A stretch of 64,000 nt of DNA, from NCBI RefSeq assembly GCF_009914755.1, contig NC_060934.1; one strand, written 5' to 3'. A model generated the notes under the pieces. The model saw only the letters and a program-made list of their open reading frames with translations. It did not search any database and was not told the origin of the DNA. Shown here piece by piece: positions 1 through 20,595 of this stretch. A program made the translations under genes and the position numbers. Every line of letters starts with the position of its first letter. The first letter of the stretch is position 1. The DNA comes from the human T2T-CHM13v2.0 reference genome, Homo sapiens.

Positions 1-104
1 ACGTGTTCGTCTGTTTTGTGTTCATACTGTACCCCTAAAAGGTGGACTCTTGACTGATGGGCTTCTGTTCTGAGTTGGGTTAAAGATGTGATTATTAACC
101 TTGA

Positions 105-416
<312 letters not shown>

Positions 417-627
417 TAACCCCCAAAGCCCAACTCTGCTCCACATGGTGGGGAAATTTGCCTACTCCTTGGATTTTGAGTTTAAGATGTCCTTATGTGG
501 TTTTTACTCATTTCATTATTCATTAACTTAGTCAACAGATGCATTCCCCAAACACTGGGTATAGGACGGAGAACGGGATCCACATAGTTCTTGCTCACAT
601 GGAGTTTTTAAAACAGATCTGTTTTCT

Positions 628-976
<349 letters not shown>

Positions 977-1914
977 TTAAAAATATGAAATAATACAGAA
1001 GCATGGGCTTACACAGGGAGATGGGGAAATAGCAAAAGCATAATGGTTAATCCCAGGAAGGTGAAGCCAGTAAAAAGTAACAATGAAATACACTTACTTT
1101 TGGCAAGATGAATGGATTTAGGAGAAAACTCCACCGTTCGGAGTCACACGCGAAGGCTGGAGCTCAGATGGGTGAGTAGAGGCAAAGCTCATTGGTAGGG
1201 GTGATGGGATTGTTTGCAGAGAGACCTAGGGGTCGAAGCAGAGTGAATTCTTTATTCTTGGTCCTGTTGGCTGAGCCACTGATTTGAGACAGTTATGGGA
1301 AATGTGGATGTTGCAGACATGCCCTGAATTTAGTTATTTGTATTATTTAATAAGCTTTTGGAAAGTTAATCCTCCAAAACTTTTGGATTTCCTATTTTCT
1401 CTATGAAATATGCTTATATTTGTTCTGTTTATTTGTAGCTGTTTCTTTTTTCTTTTTTTAGGACCTTGTGGTGCAACGGTATATAGCAGTTTCTTTAAGC
1501 ACAGTCTCATGCCTTTCTTCTTTTGCTGTCCTTTGGCATATTTAATTTTCCTTTTCCCCAATAAACCCTATTCCTTATCCACAACTATGTGGTGCTGTGG
1601 AATTCATTCTGGAAGGTGGTAATGTATTTTGCACGACAACAGCTAATGAGGCAAACAATTCTTCGAGTATATAAATCAGGAGAATGAGAAACTGTGGCCT
1701 GCGTCATTGATGACTTCTGAGGAAGAAAAAGTAAATAATGAGCTTGGAAGGCTCATCTCTGCCAAGTCAGGGACAGTATGTGGTGCATCTTTGGGGCATG
1801 AATGCCTAACCTGGGGCAAGCTGCAAAGCAGGTGTTCAGATCCAGTTGTTAAGTGAAGATTATTAAAAGACCATGTGACCTAACAAACAAAAGGATGTGG
1901 GTAGTTAGAGTGGA

Positions 1915-2090
1915 ACAGCCTGTTTCAGCCGTTCCTGGCTGGGTAACCTTTGGCAAGTAATTAATCTTTCTAAACTTCAATTGTCTTATCTATGGAATGA
2001 AGCTAATGGTCTTACAGCATTGTTGGAGGGATCAGAAATAATACTGGAAGCACCTGGAGTATGTTAGATACTCCATCAAATGGTATCAGT
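1915..2090 (+). mobile_element. MIR
   Basis: ggcaagtaattaatctttctaaacttcaattgtcttatctatggaatg MIR core. Confidence 0.6.
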
Positions 2091-2196
2091 TACTGTGTGA
2101 CATTTACAGATTTGCAATATCTTTTTATTGCTATTGGTTGGGAGTAACTATAAAGATTCATTCATATGATCAGCTAAGCTTTCACTAAAGTGCAGA

Positions 2197-2503
2197 TTTT
2201 ATTATTATTATTATTTTAGAGACAGGGTCTTGCTCTGTCACTCAGGCTGCAGTGCAGTGATGCCATCATAGCTCACTGCAGCCTTGAACTCCTGGGCTCA
2301 AGTGATCCTCCTGCCTCAGTCTTCTGAGTAGCTGGGACTAAGGCATAAGCCACCATGCTCGACTATTTTGTTAATATTTTGTTTTTAGAAATGAGGTCTT
2401 GCTATGTTGTCCAGGCTGATCTTGAACTCCTGGCCTTGAACAATCCTCCCACCTCAGCCTCTCAAAGTGCTGGGATTACAGGTGTGAGCCACTGTGCCTA
2501 GCC
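2197..2503 (-). mobile_element. AluJ
   Basis: Full dimer with J-type gctcactgcagccttgaactcctgggctcaag. Confidence 0.9.
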
Positions 2504-3064
2504 TGAAATTGTTTCTAATGTCATTTGTTTGGCATCTGTGGGTCTCACAATTATATAATTATGTCATTGTCTAGTATGTGATTATTCATGGAAGACTGTA
2601 TTTGAGTTTAGTGCTGTTTCCAAAGAGACTTCCTCTCATCACCAGGCAAGGGGTTAAGCTCTTCTACTGCTGTATTTTGAAAAGCACATGAAAAAATTTG
2701 ATTGATAAGTACCTACTGTATAAATATGAGTCTCATGGACTGAGATATTGAAAGTTTGCTGTAATGACCATCAGTTTATTTCTCCACAAAATAAGAACAC
2801 AGGAAACTTCAGAGTTTAGCCCTTCCGTTCTGGCAGCTGCCACTTATCAGAAAGTTCCTCTAAATATTTGTATTGCTGGGAATCCTCTGTTTCTAAAAAT
2901 GGCATCTGTATTTCCTGACTAGTTTTATATTTCAGGTTTTGTGGGTGGGGGGCGATTCTGCTTGACCCCCAGACTTGCCCTTCTAATAATACAAATTAGT
3001 AATGTTATTTGTATTATGATTTAGTGTTTTCTAATTGGAAGATAATCTAACATCGTACTGAACA

Positions 3065-3520
3065 AGGCAGGTTATCCACTCAATTTTACAGACAAGGAAA
3101 ACACATCAGAGAGGTTTTGAAATTGCCTGGCATCATCAACTAGAAAACGGTCAGCCTGGGATTCAAACACAGGGAGTGTGACTCCAGAATCCACACTCCC
3201 AACAGCAAGCTCTGTAGCCCATTCTAAGTAGGCATTGAGTTCCGATTTGGGGCACAGGTTACCATCAGTAAACATGAACTTATTTGTGGAGAACAAATAA
3301 GTCATGATAGATCCCTGCCTGTTAACATGGTGACACCTTAATGAACACCCACTACGTGCCAGACTCTTTACAACAATCACACAGAGATAGGTATTCTCAT
3401 CCTCATTTTTTTAAGATGAGTCATTGAGACTCAAAGAGTTCAAGCAATTTTCCTAAGGCCACACAGCTGGGTAACGGTAACTTTGGTTTGCAAACCCAGC
3501 TGTTACTGACTCCCAGCTCT
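3065..3520 (-). mobile_element. Two MIR copies (about 3065-3200 and 3330-3520)
   Basis: attttacagacaaggaaaac...gagaggttttgaaattgcc and cattttttaagatgag...gactcaaagagttcaagcaattttcctaaggccacacagc. Confidence 0.65.
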
Positions 3521-4159
3521 ATCTGCTGTGAACGCAATTGATTTATAGGAGACAAAAAATGTGGATGAGTCTAGACTTTCCTCTCCAACCTCCAAGGACC
3601 ATCAGCATACCAGTTTCTTCCCTCCAAGAGGTACTTTGAAATTCACAGAATTTCTGTCTCAAATACATATTTTGGTCTAGTATTTACACCTTCCATGCCC
3701 TGATATTGGTAGGGTTCTCTTCTTTTTCAAGACTGTTAAAGCAGAGTATCCAGGCCAACCTACTCAGCCTACTTCAGATGGCAGGCTTGCTCCAATGCAT
3801 CTGTTGTGTTAGGACATTCTGCTTTTGGACATTCTTGGTATCTCTTGCTGGGCACTGGAGATGGCATGCAGCCGAAGACCCTACTGAGCTTCCAATTGAG
3901 CCTCTAGGTCAAGATGGAGAAGAAGGACAGTTTTAGTTTGGTGAATGCTTGACCAAGTAGCTTGCAAAAAGTGGACAATAAAGCAAACACAAAATGAAAA
4001 TTTTAAACTATCTTCATCACAAAAATCAAACAGAATAGAATGCAATAGATCAAAGTGGTCTTCCCTCCTTTCCCCCTGGAAAAAACCAAAGTTGTTTTTC
4101 CCAGAAGAAATTGCTATTGACAGTCCTTTAGGATACTCCCTGAAATTTTATTTATATAT

Positions 4160-4465
4160 TTACTTTCATTTATTTATTTATTTAGAGACAGAGTCTCACT
4201 CTGTTGCCTAGGCTAGAGCGCAGTGGCATGATCTCGGCTCGCTGCAGCTTCCGCCTCCTGGGTTCAACTGATTCTTGTGCCTCAGCTTCCCAAATAGCTG
4301 GGATTACAGGCATGTACCACCACGTCCAGCTTATTTTGTATTTTTAGTAGAGACAGGTTTTCACCATGTTGGCCAGGCTGGTCTCAAACTCCTGACCTGA
4401 AGTGATCCTCCCACCTCGACCTCCCAAAGTGCTGGAATTACAGGCATGAGCCACAGTGCCTGGCC
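4160..4465 (-). mobile_element. AluS
   Basis: Full dimer with a (TTTA)n tail. Confidence 0.9.
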
Positions 4466-5000
4466 CTGCTTCCGGAAATTTAAATGGACTTTAAAGGTGA
4501 ATATTGGGTTCAACATCCTATTTCTTTGGTTTAGGAGAAAATGTCTGTACACAATAGTAAGAAAATACCACCATGCAAGGACAGAGAACCATTTATACGT
4601 ATCCCTCCAATGGACTCCGTAGAATGAATCTTTCATTCTAGGGAGGTGTTTGCTTTGTAGTGCCCACCCTTTGCCCCCACCTTCATTTCTTACTTTGATA
4701 TCTCTGATATTGAATTTTTTTCTGTATTTTTTTGTGTGGGTACAACAAGACTGTCCCAATACCTGTCTTGGATGATATTTAGGTGGAAGAGAAAAACAAA
4801 CAAGAGAACTCTGCAAAAGGGTAATCATTCATGAATAGATGGAGGAGAAGGAGTTATGTATGGTCTGGATTTGTAAGACCGGAAAATGTTGACCAGGAAT
4901 CAAGACCAAATATTTCTTAAATTATCAAGTGTCAAAGAAATTAGAATGGTGCAAATTTGGGTCCAAAATCAGGTACTGTGCATAAATGAAAGCAGTGGTT

Positions 5001-5501
5001 TCTGGTAGACAGTTCTCCATCGTCTCTTGCATTTCTATTGTCTGCCCAGGTGCTAATTGCCTTTATTTTGATCTATGTATTCACAGATGCTTATATAGCA
5101 GACAGCCTTGGAAAATTGAGATAGTGTTCCCTTCTGGAGCAAAGGACAGGTTTGTTTATTGTCCAGTATGATAAAAACAATGTTTTCTTCTGGGGCAAAG
5201 GCCAGGCAGGTTTACTGCCCACTATAAGAGATTTGAGTTTCCCAAATTCAATGTTCCTCTACTGCAAGGCAATCCTGTATGTGTGCATCATTTGGCCCTG
5301 TTCACATCATCGTTTGGGAAATGGAGTTCAGGGAAGTGGCTCAAATGTTGACACTGGCTACTGCTACTGCTGTGAGCAATGAAGTCCTTTGTTTCTGACC
5401 CAGGAGTCTCATGTCTTCCGTCAGTATCCATGAAATTGGGTCACGCTGAATGATTAGCTTGCAAATAGGGTATAGTCTCAGACCTGTCATAGTTCTTGAC
5501 T
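5001..5501 (+). mobile_element. Solo LTR, LTR40a-like (ERVL)
   Basis: cagccttggaaaattgagatagtgttcccttctggagcaaagg...gtcctttgtttctgacccaggagtctcatgtcttc...tagcttgcaaatagggtatagtctcagacc...gttcttgac matches the recalled LTR40 consensus. Confidence 0.75.
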
Positions 5502-5915
5502 ATGGTATATAGAATAACAAGAAATATCAGTGACTCAATGATTTCACAATTAAAATGATACATTCTTCAGATGACTAAGAAGCCCAAGTCACAGAGAGGT
5601 ACCCATGAGATAAGGGAAATAAATGTTCAAGTAATAGCTTACAACCTTAAACAATTAGTGTCATCTACAAAACTGAGAAACAAAAGTACAATTTCTAGGC
5701 CACGCCCAGAAGGCCAGGCCTCTGGGTTGCCATTCTCTCAGGACACCTCAGCTGAGCCCAGTGGGATGGGAGGTTTCAGATTTCTGGATGCTATTAGAGG
5801 GATGTCTTCAGGGTGGATATAAAGAGTTTGAAATAGAAGGCAGGTAAACATCTCTATGGTGCATGAAATTCAAAGCAAACTCAGGCAAATTGCTGTGAGT
5901 TAAACTGATATTTAA

Positions 5916-6252
<337 letters not shown>

Positions 6253-6699
6253 CATAAATAATTTTAAAATGAGTATATTCTTTGCCTTGTTCACTCACAT
6301 TCTCATCTCTTTGTGGTAGCTTTTTGCAGAGGTTCCATGACTTATGATTCCACAAGAGATTGAATGAAAAAGCAGATATAAGAATTCAGCTATCTGAATT
6401 GATTTTATGGTATGAATACCGCAAGTTTCATTTCTGAGATTCCTAGTAGAAGTTTCAGAAAGAGAGCCTCAATGCTATTTCCTTTTGTTAATCAGGAAAT
6501 CGTGGAATTTCTAGCAAAGAGGCCCTTTGGCATGCCTGCAGACGCTTAGGGAATAATTAGGTTTTATATTGGGGAGAATTTTATTTAAGCCTCTAGGAAT
6601 GTGGGATTTTGATAACATTGCAAAATAATACATTTTATTAATTAGGGCTTAAGGATTAAGAACTTATTTAGCATGATGGAGGGTATACGATACAGGCAA

Positions 6700-6850
6700 A
6701 AAACCATTGGCTTTGAAGCCAAATCCACCAGGGTTTGAATACTCGTTAGGCAACTTTAGGTGGATTATTTAGCCTCTGTGAGCCTCAGTTTCTTCATCTG
6801 CAACATGGGAGTGATGATGAATCCCAGGCTTGTTGGGAGGATTCTACTCC
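6700..6850 (+). mobile_element. MIR
   Basis: gcctctgtgagcctcagtttcttcatctgcaacatggg core. Confidence 0.7.
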
Positions 6851-6964
6851 TACATCCAAAGGCTGGCATCACCCAGTGCCCAATACACGGGAAGGCACAG
6901 GCTGAATTCCCATTTGTGTCTCCGGTGGGATTGAATGGAGCCTCAGCAGTCCCCAAGATGTGCA

Positions 6965-7260
6965 TCAGCCTCTGAGAAAACTCCCAGCAACAGAAATGCT
7001 CTGCTTCCCCAGGCAGCCCCTTCCACTTCAGGAAAGGTCTAATTGCTAGAAAATGTGGAGAGCTAAAATGTCACTTTGTCATTTCACACTGGCCCCTGCT
7101 CCCCCCTCGGAGTGCGCTCTAATTCCTGTTCACATGATAGCTCTTCCGTCATTTGAGCAGCTCTTCAATCCCATCGAACTGGAAAAAAGGAGCTTTTTTC
7201 CAGACTAAACATTGTCACAGCCTTCAACCATCACATGCATGACATTTTGAGCCCTGTTTT
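6965..7260 (-). mobile_element. L3/CR1 fragment
   Basis: ggcagccccttccacttcaggaaaggtctaattgctagaaa and ttttccagactaaacat resemble the CR1 3' region. Confidence 0.45.
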
Positions 7261-8380
7261 CCTTCAGACACAAAGAGGATCGATCAGGTTTTGGACATCA
7301 GAGAACCAGGTCAGGCTCAAATCACAAAACATATGTACTTTTCCTTTCCACTGCCCCTTTTGGTGTGTTTGTGGGAATTTGTTTACTATGCCTAACTGGA
7401 CAGGTCATCCTTGTATGGTACCAGGGTCATTTGAATGCTCTTGTTTGCTTGTTGCTTAATCTACTCATGATATCAATCATTGCGTAGATCAATTGCCAGC
7501 TAGGCAAACAGCTACACGGCTCTGTCAATTCTTGGCAGGTCTACATTTCACCATTTCTTCAACATCACGTGGGGTACCATGACATTGACTTCCAGGTCTA
7601 GCTTGACGAGTGAAATAGAACGTTGTTGGCTTAAGAAGAGCCGGAGCTCATCTGAAAACCTGATGAGTCACTGTCCCCTCTCTGGCAACCTAACACGAAT
7701 GTTCACTTAGTGCAGATTTTGGGGAGCCTTGGCCTTTGCCCTAGATTGCAGTAAAAATGCTAACATTTTCCCAATTGCTATCTTTACATAACTGTCAGAG
7801 TTTTTACTGTCTCAGAGGTCAAAGCACGGAGAGTTATTAGTCAGCCCTAGTAAATTTCCATTTCTGACCCAAAAAGCTACAGGAACTTCCCCTTTGAAAG
7901 TTCTCCCCTTCCATATTTTGAAATCACAAAATAGAGAAAACACATAGTTTCAGGTGTAACATCTTTTTTCTCCAACTCCCAGAAAAAATCCCAGGAGTTT
8001 TACTAGTGATTCTGCTGCCTGTTCACTCTTTCAACTGGAAGTCAGAATGAAACTCTCTGTAGCCCCTGCTGGGGATTGCATTTCCTGTCTACCTATGTGA
8101 GTCCTTCATGGTGGGCTTGGGAAAGTACATTCCATAACTGAGGTCCTGTTTGGGGGTTTTGAAGAAGGCCAATTGGCTTCTTACAAAGCTCCACAAGCCT
8201 GCGCTCTTTTCTGAGTTCATAGCCTACTCTGCATGGGCAAGAAGCAGGATGCGATGTCTCCTAGAACGAGCTGCAGAATTGAATGACCTCAGCAGAACAA
8301 GCCCACTGTGGCCAGCCTGGGTGTTTGGAAATTCATGGCTCTCTTTTCTATTCCTTCTGTGTGAAGGAATCCTAACTGCC

Positions 8381-8682
<302 letters not shown>

Positions 8683-9148
8683 CTAACTGCCTCTTTCTGA
8701 TTGTGGCAGTGAGGCCACTTTCCTGGAGTTTTCTTGCACTATCCAGAGCTGTCCTGGGAGAAGCACTAAGCCTTGGGGTCACCAGACTTCTGGGACAGGC
8801 AGAAGCACTTGTTCCTCTTAAAGAGACCACGGACCTACTCAAGAGCTTCAAGACCTTTAAGAGTTGAGACCTAGGGAGGAACAGCCAGAGGGTCACCAGC
8901 AGGGTGTCATGGCTTAAGCGTCCCTGCTTAGATGGCCCTGGACCCAGGAGGGGACCAAGATCCACTGTGAGCAAGGAGGCATCTTGTTGTGTGTATCAGT
9001 CTGGGGACCCAACCTAGTGATGCATGGGAGTTTCTGCCACACTGAGCATCCAGTTTGAAGGCTGGAATGCCCAGTCTGGAGCCAGAAACTAACTCTCCAA
9101 AAGTATTGAAGCATTTCTAGAGCTTTCATGGTTTAGAAATATATGCAC

Positions 9149-9153
<5 letters not shown>

Positions 9154-9186
<33 letters not shown>

Positions 9187-9499
9187 GTCTCTCTCTGTTT
9201 TTGTTTTGTTTTGTTTTGTTTTTTTTGAGATGGAGACTTGCTTTTTCGCCAGGCTGGAGTGCAGTGGCATGATCTTGGCTCAGTGCAACCTACCCCCTCC
9301 TGGGTTCAAGCGATTCTCCTGCCTTAGTCTCCCGAGTAGCTGGGACTACAGGCACGCACCACCATGCCTGACTAATTTTTGTATTTTTAGTAGAGACGGG
9401 GTTTCACCATGTTGACCAGGCTGGTCTCAAACTCCTGACCTCAAGTGTGGAGGCCTTCCAAAGTGCTGGGATTACAGGAATGAGCCACCATGCCTGGCC
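9154..9499 (-). mobile_element. AluS with a (CT)n/(TTTTG)n tail-side microsatellite
   Basis: Dimer with a short deletion in the left arm; TSD acttgtttctct at about 9147 and 9502. Confidence 0.9.
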
Positions 9500-9826
9500 A
9501 TACTTGTTTCTCTTACTACAGAAGTAATGCACATTTATACTCAACATTTTGGAAAAGTGCTGTAAATGAAAAGAAGACATATGAACATATGACACCCCAG
9601 TTCAGATATAACCACCACTGCTAATTTAATAGCCCTTTCTAATAATTTACATATGCATGTAAAAATATATATTTACAAATAATATAAAAGATGTTTGTAT
9701 TTTAATATGTTATATATTTATTATCTATATTTTGATAAGTGGTACACTATTTCACTTATCAAAAAATACTTGCTAGGTAGATAATGGCAAGAAAGCATAG
9801 CCCTTGCCTCAAGAACCTAATGGATT

Positions 9827-10013
9827 AAGCTGGGTGTGCTGGCGCATGCCTACAGATGTAAGCTACTCAAGAGGCTGAGGCAGGGGGATCTCTTGAGTCC
9901 AGAAGCTTGAAACTGCAATGAGCTATGTTTGTAATACTGCACTCCAGCCTCAGAGACAGAGCGAAACCATGACTTTAAAAAAAACCCAAAAAACAAAAAA
10001 CAAACAAAAAAAA
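9827..10013 (+). mobile_element. Alu right monomer (FRAM/AluJ)
   Basis: agctgggtgtgctggcgcatgcc...gcactccagcc; TSD aagaacctaatggatt / aagaagctattggatt encloses this monomer and the following AluY. Confidence 0.8.
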
Positions 10014-10380
<367 letters not shown>

Positions 10381-10406
10381 TCAGGTAGCAAATAAGTAGA
10401 CAAATA

Positions 10407-10722
<316 letters not shown>

Positions 10723-10937
10723 GTAGACAAATAGATAATTACAAGACGCTGAGCTCTATGAAGTGATCCCGTGCTATCCCAGAAAATAATAGAGGGGGAA
10801 CTGCCTATGTGGCTGATGAGGAATGAGGGCTCCTTGGAGAAATGACCAAATCTGGCTCTAGGAAAGGAAATGAACAAGATGAGTCTGGGCATCTTGTCCT
10901 AAATGAAGGAAGGAAGCCATCAAAACCACTCACGTCA

Positions 10938-11324
<387 letters not shown>

Positions 11325-11379
11325 TCATGGGGATGGATGCAATAAGCAAAGTCCGAACTGACGGATAAAATGAGACTTT

Positions 11380-11470
11380 CCTTAGGATTGCTGGGAGGAT
11401 TAAATGAGTTAATGTATGCAAAGCACTTAAAATAGTGCCTGACATTCAGTGAATGTGAGCTATTATGATT
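11380..11470 (+). mobile_element. MIR 3' part
   Basis: gaggattaaatgagttaatgtatgcaaagcacttaaaatagtgcctgaca. Confidence 0.75.
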
Positions 11471-11810
11471 ACCATTATTATCAGTATTATTGGAACCAAG
11501 CACAACACTGTGAGGAGAGTCCCCTTCCCCCTGACCTATTATGTGAGCAATGGGGGAAGCCTAGGAATCAGCAGTATTCAAGGACCTTAGGGCTGCTAAA
11601 GGTGGTGCCTGGGACCATTGCTTCTGCCAATGGTCAAGAGCGATGCTGGGCTATGGGGCCAGCTACTGCCAGCAATGCTCCCACATGGTTGCAAGAGAAT
11701 CACACAGCCAAACGGTGCTCTGCAGGGTGGTCAGATTTCCCCAGGTTTTGTTTCTAAGGAAGAGAAAATGAGGAAGGAAAAGATAATTTCGTGATTACCC
11801 ATGGACACTA

Positions 11811-12196
<386 letters not shown>

Positions 12197-12234
12197 TTAT
12201 TCTATTCCATTCTGTATATTTTTATACATTTTTA

Positions 12235-13348
<1,114 letters not shown>

Positions 13349-13350
13349 AC

Positions 13351-13900
<550 letters not shown>

Positions 13901-14090
13901 TTGAGGCCATTTTGGACCAATCATCCCAGGCAATCCATCAGATTAGAGTGAGCTCATGAATGACCCCAGCTGAGACCAGCCAAAACTCTGCTTAGCTGAG
14001 CCCCGCCCAAGTTGTCTGCCCATAGTATCACGAACAGTACCCTACTAGGTTTTGAGGTATTTTTTTTACACAGCCACAGATAACCAATAT
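13901..14090 (+). mobile_element. MLT1 (MaLR) LTR 3' fragment
   Basis: gctgagccccgcccaagttgtctgccca...ttttgaggtatttttt...cacagataacc. Confidence 0.6.
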
Positions 14091-14423
14091 AACTAAAGGA
14101 ACTGCTTACTGTTGAGAAGAACACAGATTATGCCAATGTAGAATAAAATCAGCAAGAGAATCAGACCAGAGCATCCATCCACTCAGAGTTCCTAAAGACT
14201 CAATAGAGCAGTGCTGGTGTTCTGTTCTAACATATCATCAACTTATTTTTCCTGAAAACCGAATGAAAAGAATTTCCTCAGTCATTCCAGTTTTGTCTCT
14301 GATCTCTCTTCTCCTTCTATTTTGTCTCTTCTGTTTCCAGTTTCTCTTACAGCAACTTGTACTTTTTAGATATGTTAACGCTGCACAAATTCCTTTCTAC
14401 TTGGGGTAATACCAGTATGTTGA

Positions 14424-14834
<411 letters not shown>

Positions 14835-15115
14835 TAGGAAAGAAAAATATTTAGATTTCTTAATATTTTCCTTAATTTTCTCCCAAGAGTTAAATATACA
14901 ATTTTTATATTATAATAATTGTCTGAAAGTATAGATATCATTTACACAAATCTCTGTATCAAATTCTGTCTTCAGTATTATAGGGGTGGTAATGTGATAA
15001 AAAAAGCAGAATTGCATGGTAGGAAAATTAACTGCAGACTTCTTGCATATCAGTTATCCCGGAAAGTTCATTACCAAAATGCATCCTCCGTTTAAGACTC
15101 ATTTTTTTTTTTTTC

Positions 15116-15454
<339 letters not shown>

Positions 15455-15572
15455 CTACCTAAAAAATCTTGCCTCATTTAAACAAACTTTAACATCATGT
15501 GGCTCTTTTACATTCACGCATTCCATCACTAAATATTCATTGAGAATTTTCTATATATTTGGCTCTATGCTA

Positions 15573-15947
<375 letters not shown>

Positions 15948-16147
15948 TCAATATGCTAAGTATAATAGTAGGCATGTGCACATGGCCTTATGGGAGTCAG
16001 AGGCCTATGAGTGTGTTTGGGGTGTGTGCAAATAAGAAGGGCTTCCTGGAGGAGGAGATGTTTGAGTTAAGTGGTAAATTACAAGTAGGAGTTAGTTGTG
16101 AACAGCATGTGGGATGTGCATGGGGTGATAGGAGCAGGAGCACGTGA

Positions 16148-16589
<442 letters not shown>

Positions 16590-16861
16590 TAAGGAATGAA
16601 ATTTCATCTCCTAATGCATAAAGAGCCGTTGGAAGGTTTTAAGTGAAGCAATAATGATGTAGGATGTGATGGTGGATTTGAGGGGCAAGAACACTGACTG
16701 GGAGGCTGTTACCTTTGTATATCTGCTCAATTGGTGGTCACAATCTTTTTGGCATAGGGGACTGGTTTTGTGGAAGACGATTTTTCCACAGACTGGGGTG
16801 GGGGTGGTTTCAGGATGATTCAAATGCATTACATTTATTGTGCTCTTTATTTCTATTATTA

Positions 16862-17045
16862 TTACATTGTATTAATAATGTACAATGTATTACATTGTAT
16901 AATAATGTACAATGTATAACATTAAGAATGTATAACATTATACATGTATATATGTATAACAATGTACAATGTATAACATTATACATGTATATATGTATAA
17001 CAATGTACAATGTATAACATTAAGAATGTACAATGTATAACATTC
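16862..17045. repeat. AT-rich palindromic minisatellite inside MER1A
   Basis: Repeated aatgtacaatgtataacatt; exact 41-bp tandem unit x2 starting at about 16927. Confidence 0.85.
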
Positions 17046-17125
17046 TGTTATTATTACAATGAAATACTTATACAATTCACTGCAATGTTCAATCAGTGGG
17101 AGCCCTGAGCTTGTTTTCCTGCAAC

Positions 17126-18097
<972 letters not shown>

Positions 18098-18452
18098 TAA
18101 GGAGCATGCAACTTAGCTCCCTCAGATGTTCAGTTCACAATAGGTTTTGCACTCCCATGAGAATCTAATGCTGCCGCTGATCCGACAGGAGGTGGAGCTC
18201 AGGCAGTAATGCAAGTGATGCGGAGCGGCTGTTAATTCAGATAAAGCTTTGCTTGCTTGCTGCTGCTCACCTCCTGCTGTGTGGCCCAGTTCCTGATAGG
18301 CCAGTACTGGTCTATGGCCTGGGGGTTGGGGACCCCTGTCCTAGAGAATAAGGAAGTGAATTAGCGCAGTGTTAGCAGAAATTGAAAAAGAGGTAAGTTA
18401 GAAATGTTTAGTCTGCTAAACTGGCTGACTTACCATTAATTGGTGGGGGAAG

Positions 18453-18947
18453 TGTGAAAGGAAAAGAAAATCTCAAGACCCCAAACTCACAATGCCAAAG
18501 GGAAAAGTTAAGCTTGGGAACTGAGACAAGAGAAAAACAAAGCAAAACTGTGTTCCTTTCGTTCCCAAGGGATAGCTGTAATTTCATGTGCTGACTTTAT
18601 CTTACGTAAAATGTAGATTTACTCAGCAAGATAATTATATGACTTTCCCCTCCCTCCTATCTTTTCACATGTAAAGTGTGGATTCAGTGAGTGCTATTCA
18701 AGGCCTCATGAGAATGTGACCACCTGGCTCATTGCCTATCCTACCCCCTTCTTTTTCTTCTCTCCTTCTCCTCCTGCCCACTCTTCCCCCTTTACATATT
18801 GAAGTCCTCAAAACTCTCCTTGGAAAAAAGCAGAGAACACAAATCCTATTGTAACTCGTGTTTCTTTTTTCCTGAGTGTTTCCTCAACCTCAGCAAAATA
18901 AACCTCTAAGTTGACTGAGATCTGTCTCAGACACTTTTTGGTTTACA
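18453..18947 (+). mobile_element. Solo ERV1 LTR (MER4C-like)
   Basis: tgtgaaaggaaaa...ttggtttaca; TSD gaag/gaag; aataaa at about 18897. Confidence 0.82.
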
Positions 18948-19849
18948 GAAGTAAGGAAGAAGGAATTGCATGACTTCCAGGATCCAGCTTGGTGAGGGCG
19001 TGGACGGCAGAGCCCTGAGATGGGATCACGTGAAGACGAGCAGGGAACGTCAACAAGGGAGGAGACCTTGGCAATGCCTGCACAGCCCGCTCAGCCGCGT
19101 AGCAGAGCCCTCACAGTCGCTGGCTTCATGCGGTGTAGAGAAAGCTGGTTAAATTCATCTAACTGCAATTTGCCTTCCATGTCTAGTCTCCTTTTGGCCA
19201 TGAGGAAGATAATCCAGCCGGCTAGGTATAGCTGAAATGTGACATAATCAATTACAAATTTGTTGATTTAGAGCAAGTGATAGATACACAGCCCAGAGTA
19301 AATTTCCCAGAGGCTCTTACCACTGTGGGGAGGACAAAGTCTCACTTCCTGATCAGCAGTGGCCAAGGGAGGCTTTTCTCTGCATTTGTGAGGCTGTGAT
19401 ATCTTTCATGCACTCCTTTGAAAGTGCTCACCAGCACGATGGAACACATTAGCTTAAATATTTCTCTTCACAGGTTGCTGTGTCTTTTAACGTAGGCAAC
19501 TCTTCATGTAAATGCTAGTTAGAAAAGAGGTTTTGTTTTGTTTTTCAAGAAAAGTTGCTTTAATTAAATAAAGGACAGGAAGTTCCTTCCTGAATGGTTA
19601 CAACCCCGTGGATTATACAAGCAATGTGCTGATTACAAACCGCCCCTTTGCCAGTTCCGCTACAGTTACCAGAATCCTTGTTAAATAACATTCTCCCAAA
19701 AAAGATGTGAGGAAATTAAACAATGAAGCTATAAGAATTGAACAGACAGAGAGAAACAAAATGAATATGAAACTTTTTATGCTTCTTCACTTTTAGATAA
19801 CATGTGTACACCTTTCTCCATAAAATATATATTTTTATTTTTTCAGTTT

Positions 19850-20315
<466 letters not shown>

Positions 20316-20595
20316 TAAGTAAAAATTCAGCTTTGCTGGCATTGTTACACATGTTAACTTTTTAGTCATCAACACAATCTTTTAAGAAAGATAAAATGTA
20401 TTAAACAGATATTCATCTTATAGAACATTTAGACGATACAGATGAACAAAAGGAAGAAAGTAAAAAACTCTCACAATTTCACCACTTTGAGATAATCCAT
20501 GTTAAAATAGTTTTTCCATTCTCTTTCCTTACATTTACATGTAACAGAGTGAAGAGAACAGTTTACACCAGTTTCTTGTATTTACTTATTTTTTT

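Noticed and set aside
7260-8380. Unique stretch with an AP-1 site (TGAGTCA at about 7664)
   Set aside because: A single 7-mer is expected by chance several times in 64 kb, so it is insufficient without chromatin data.
16862-17045. CRISPR-like repeat array
   Set aside because: There are no unique spacers and no cas genes, and the context is eukaryotic. It is a simple AT-rich minisatellite.
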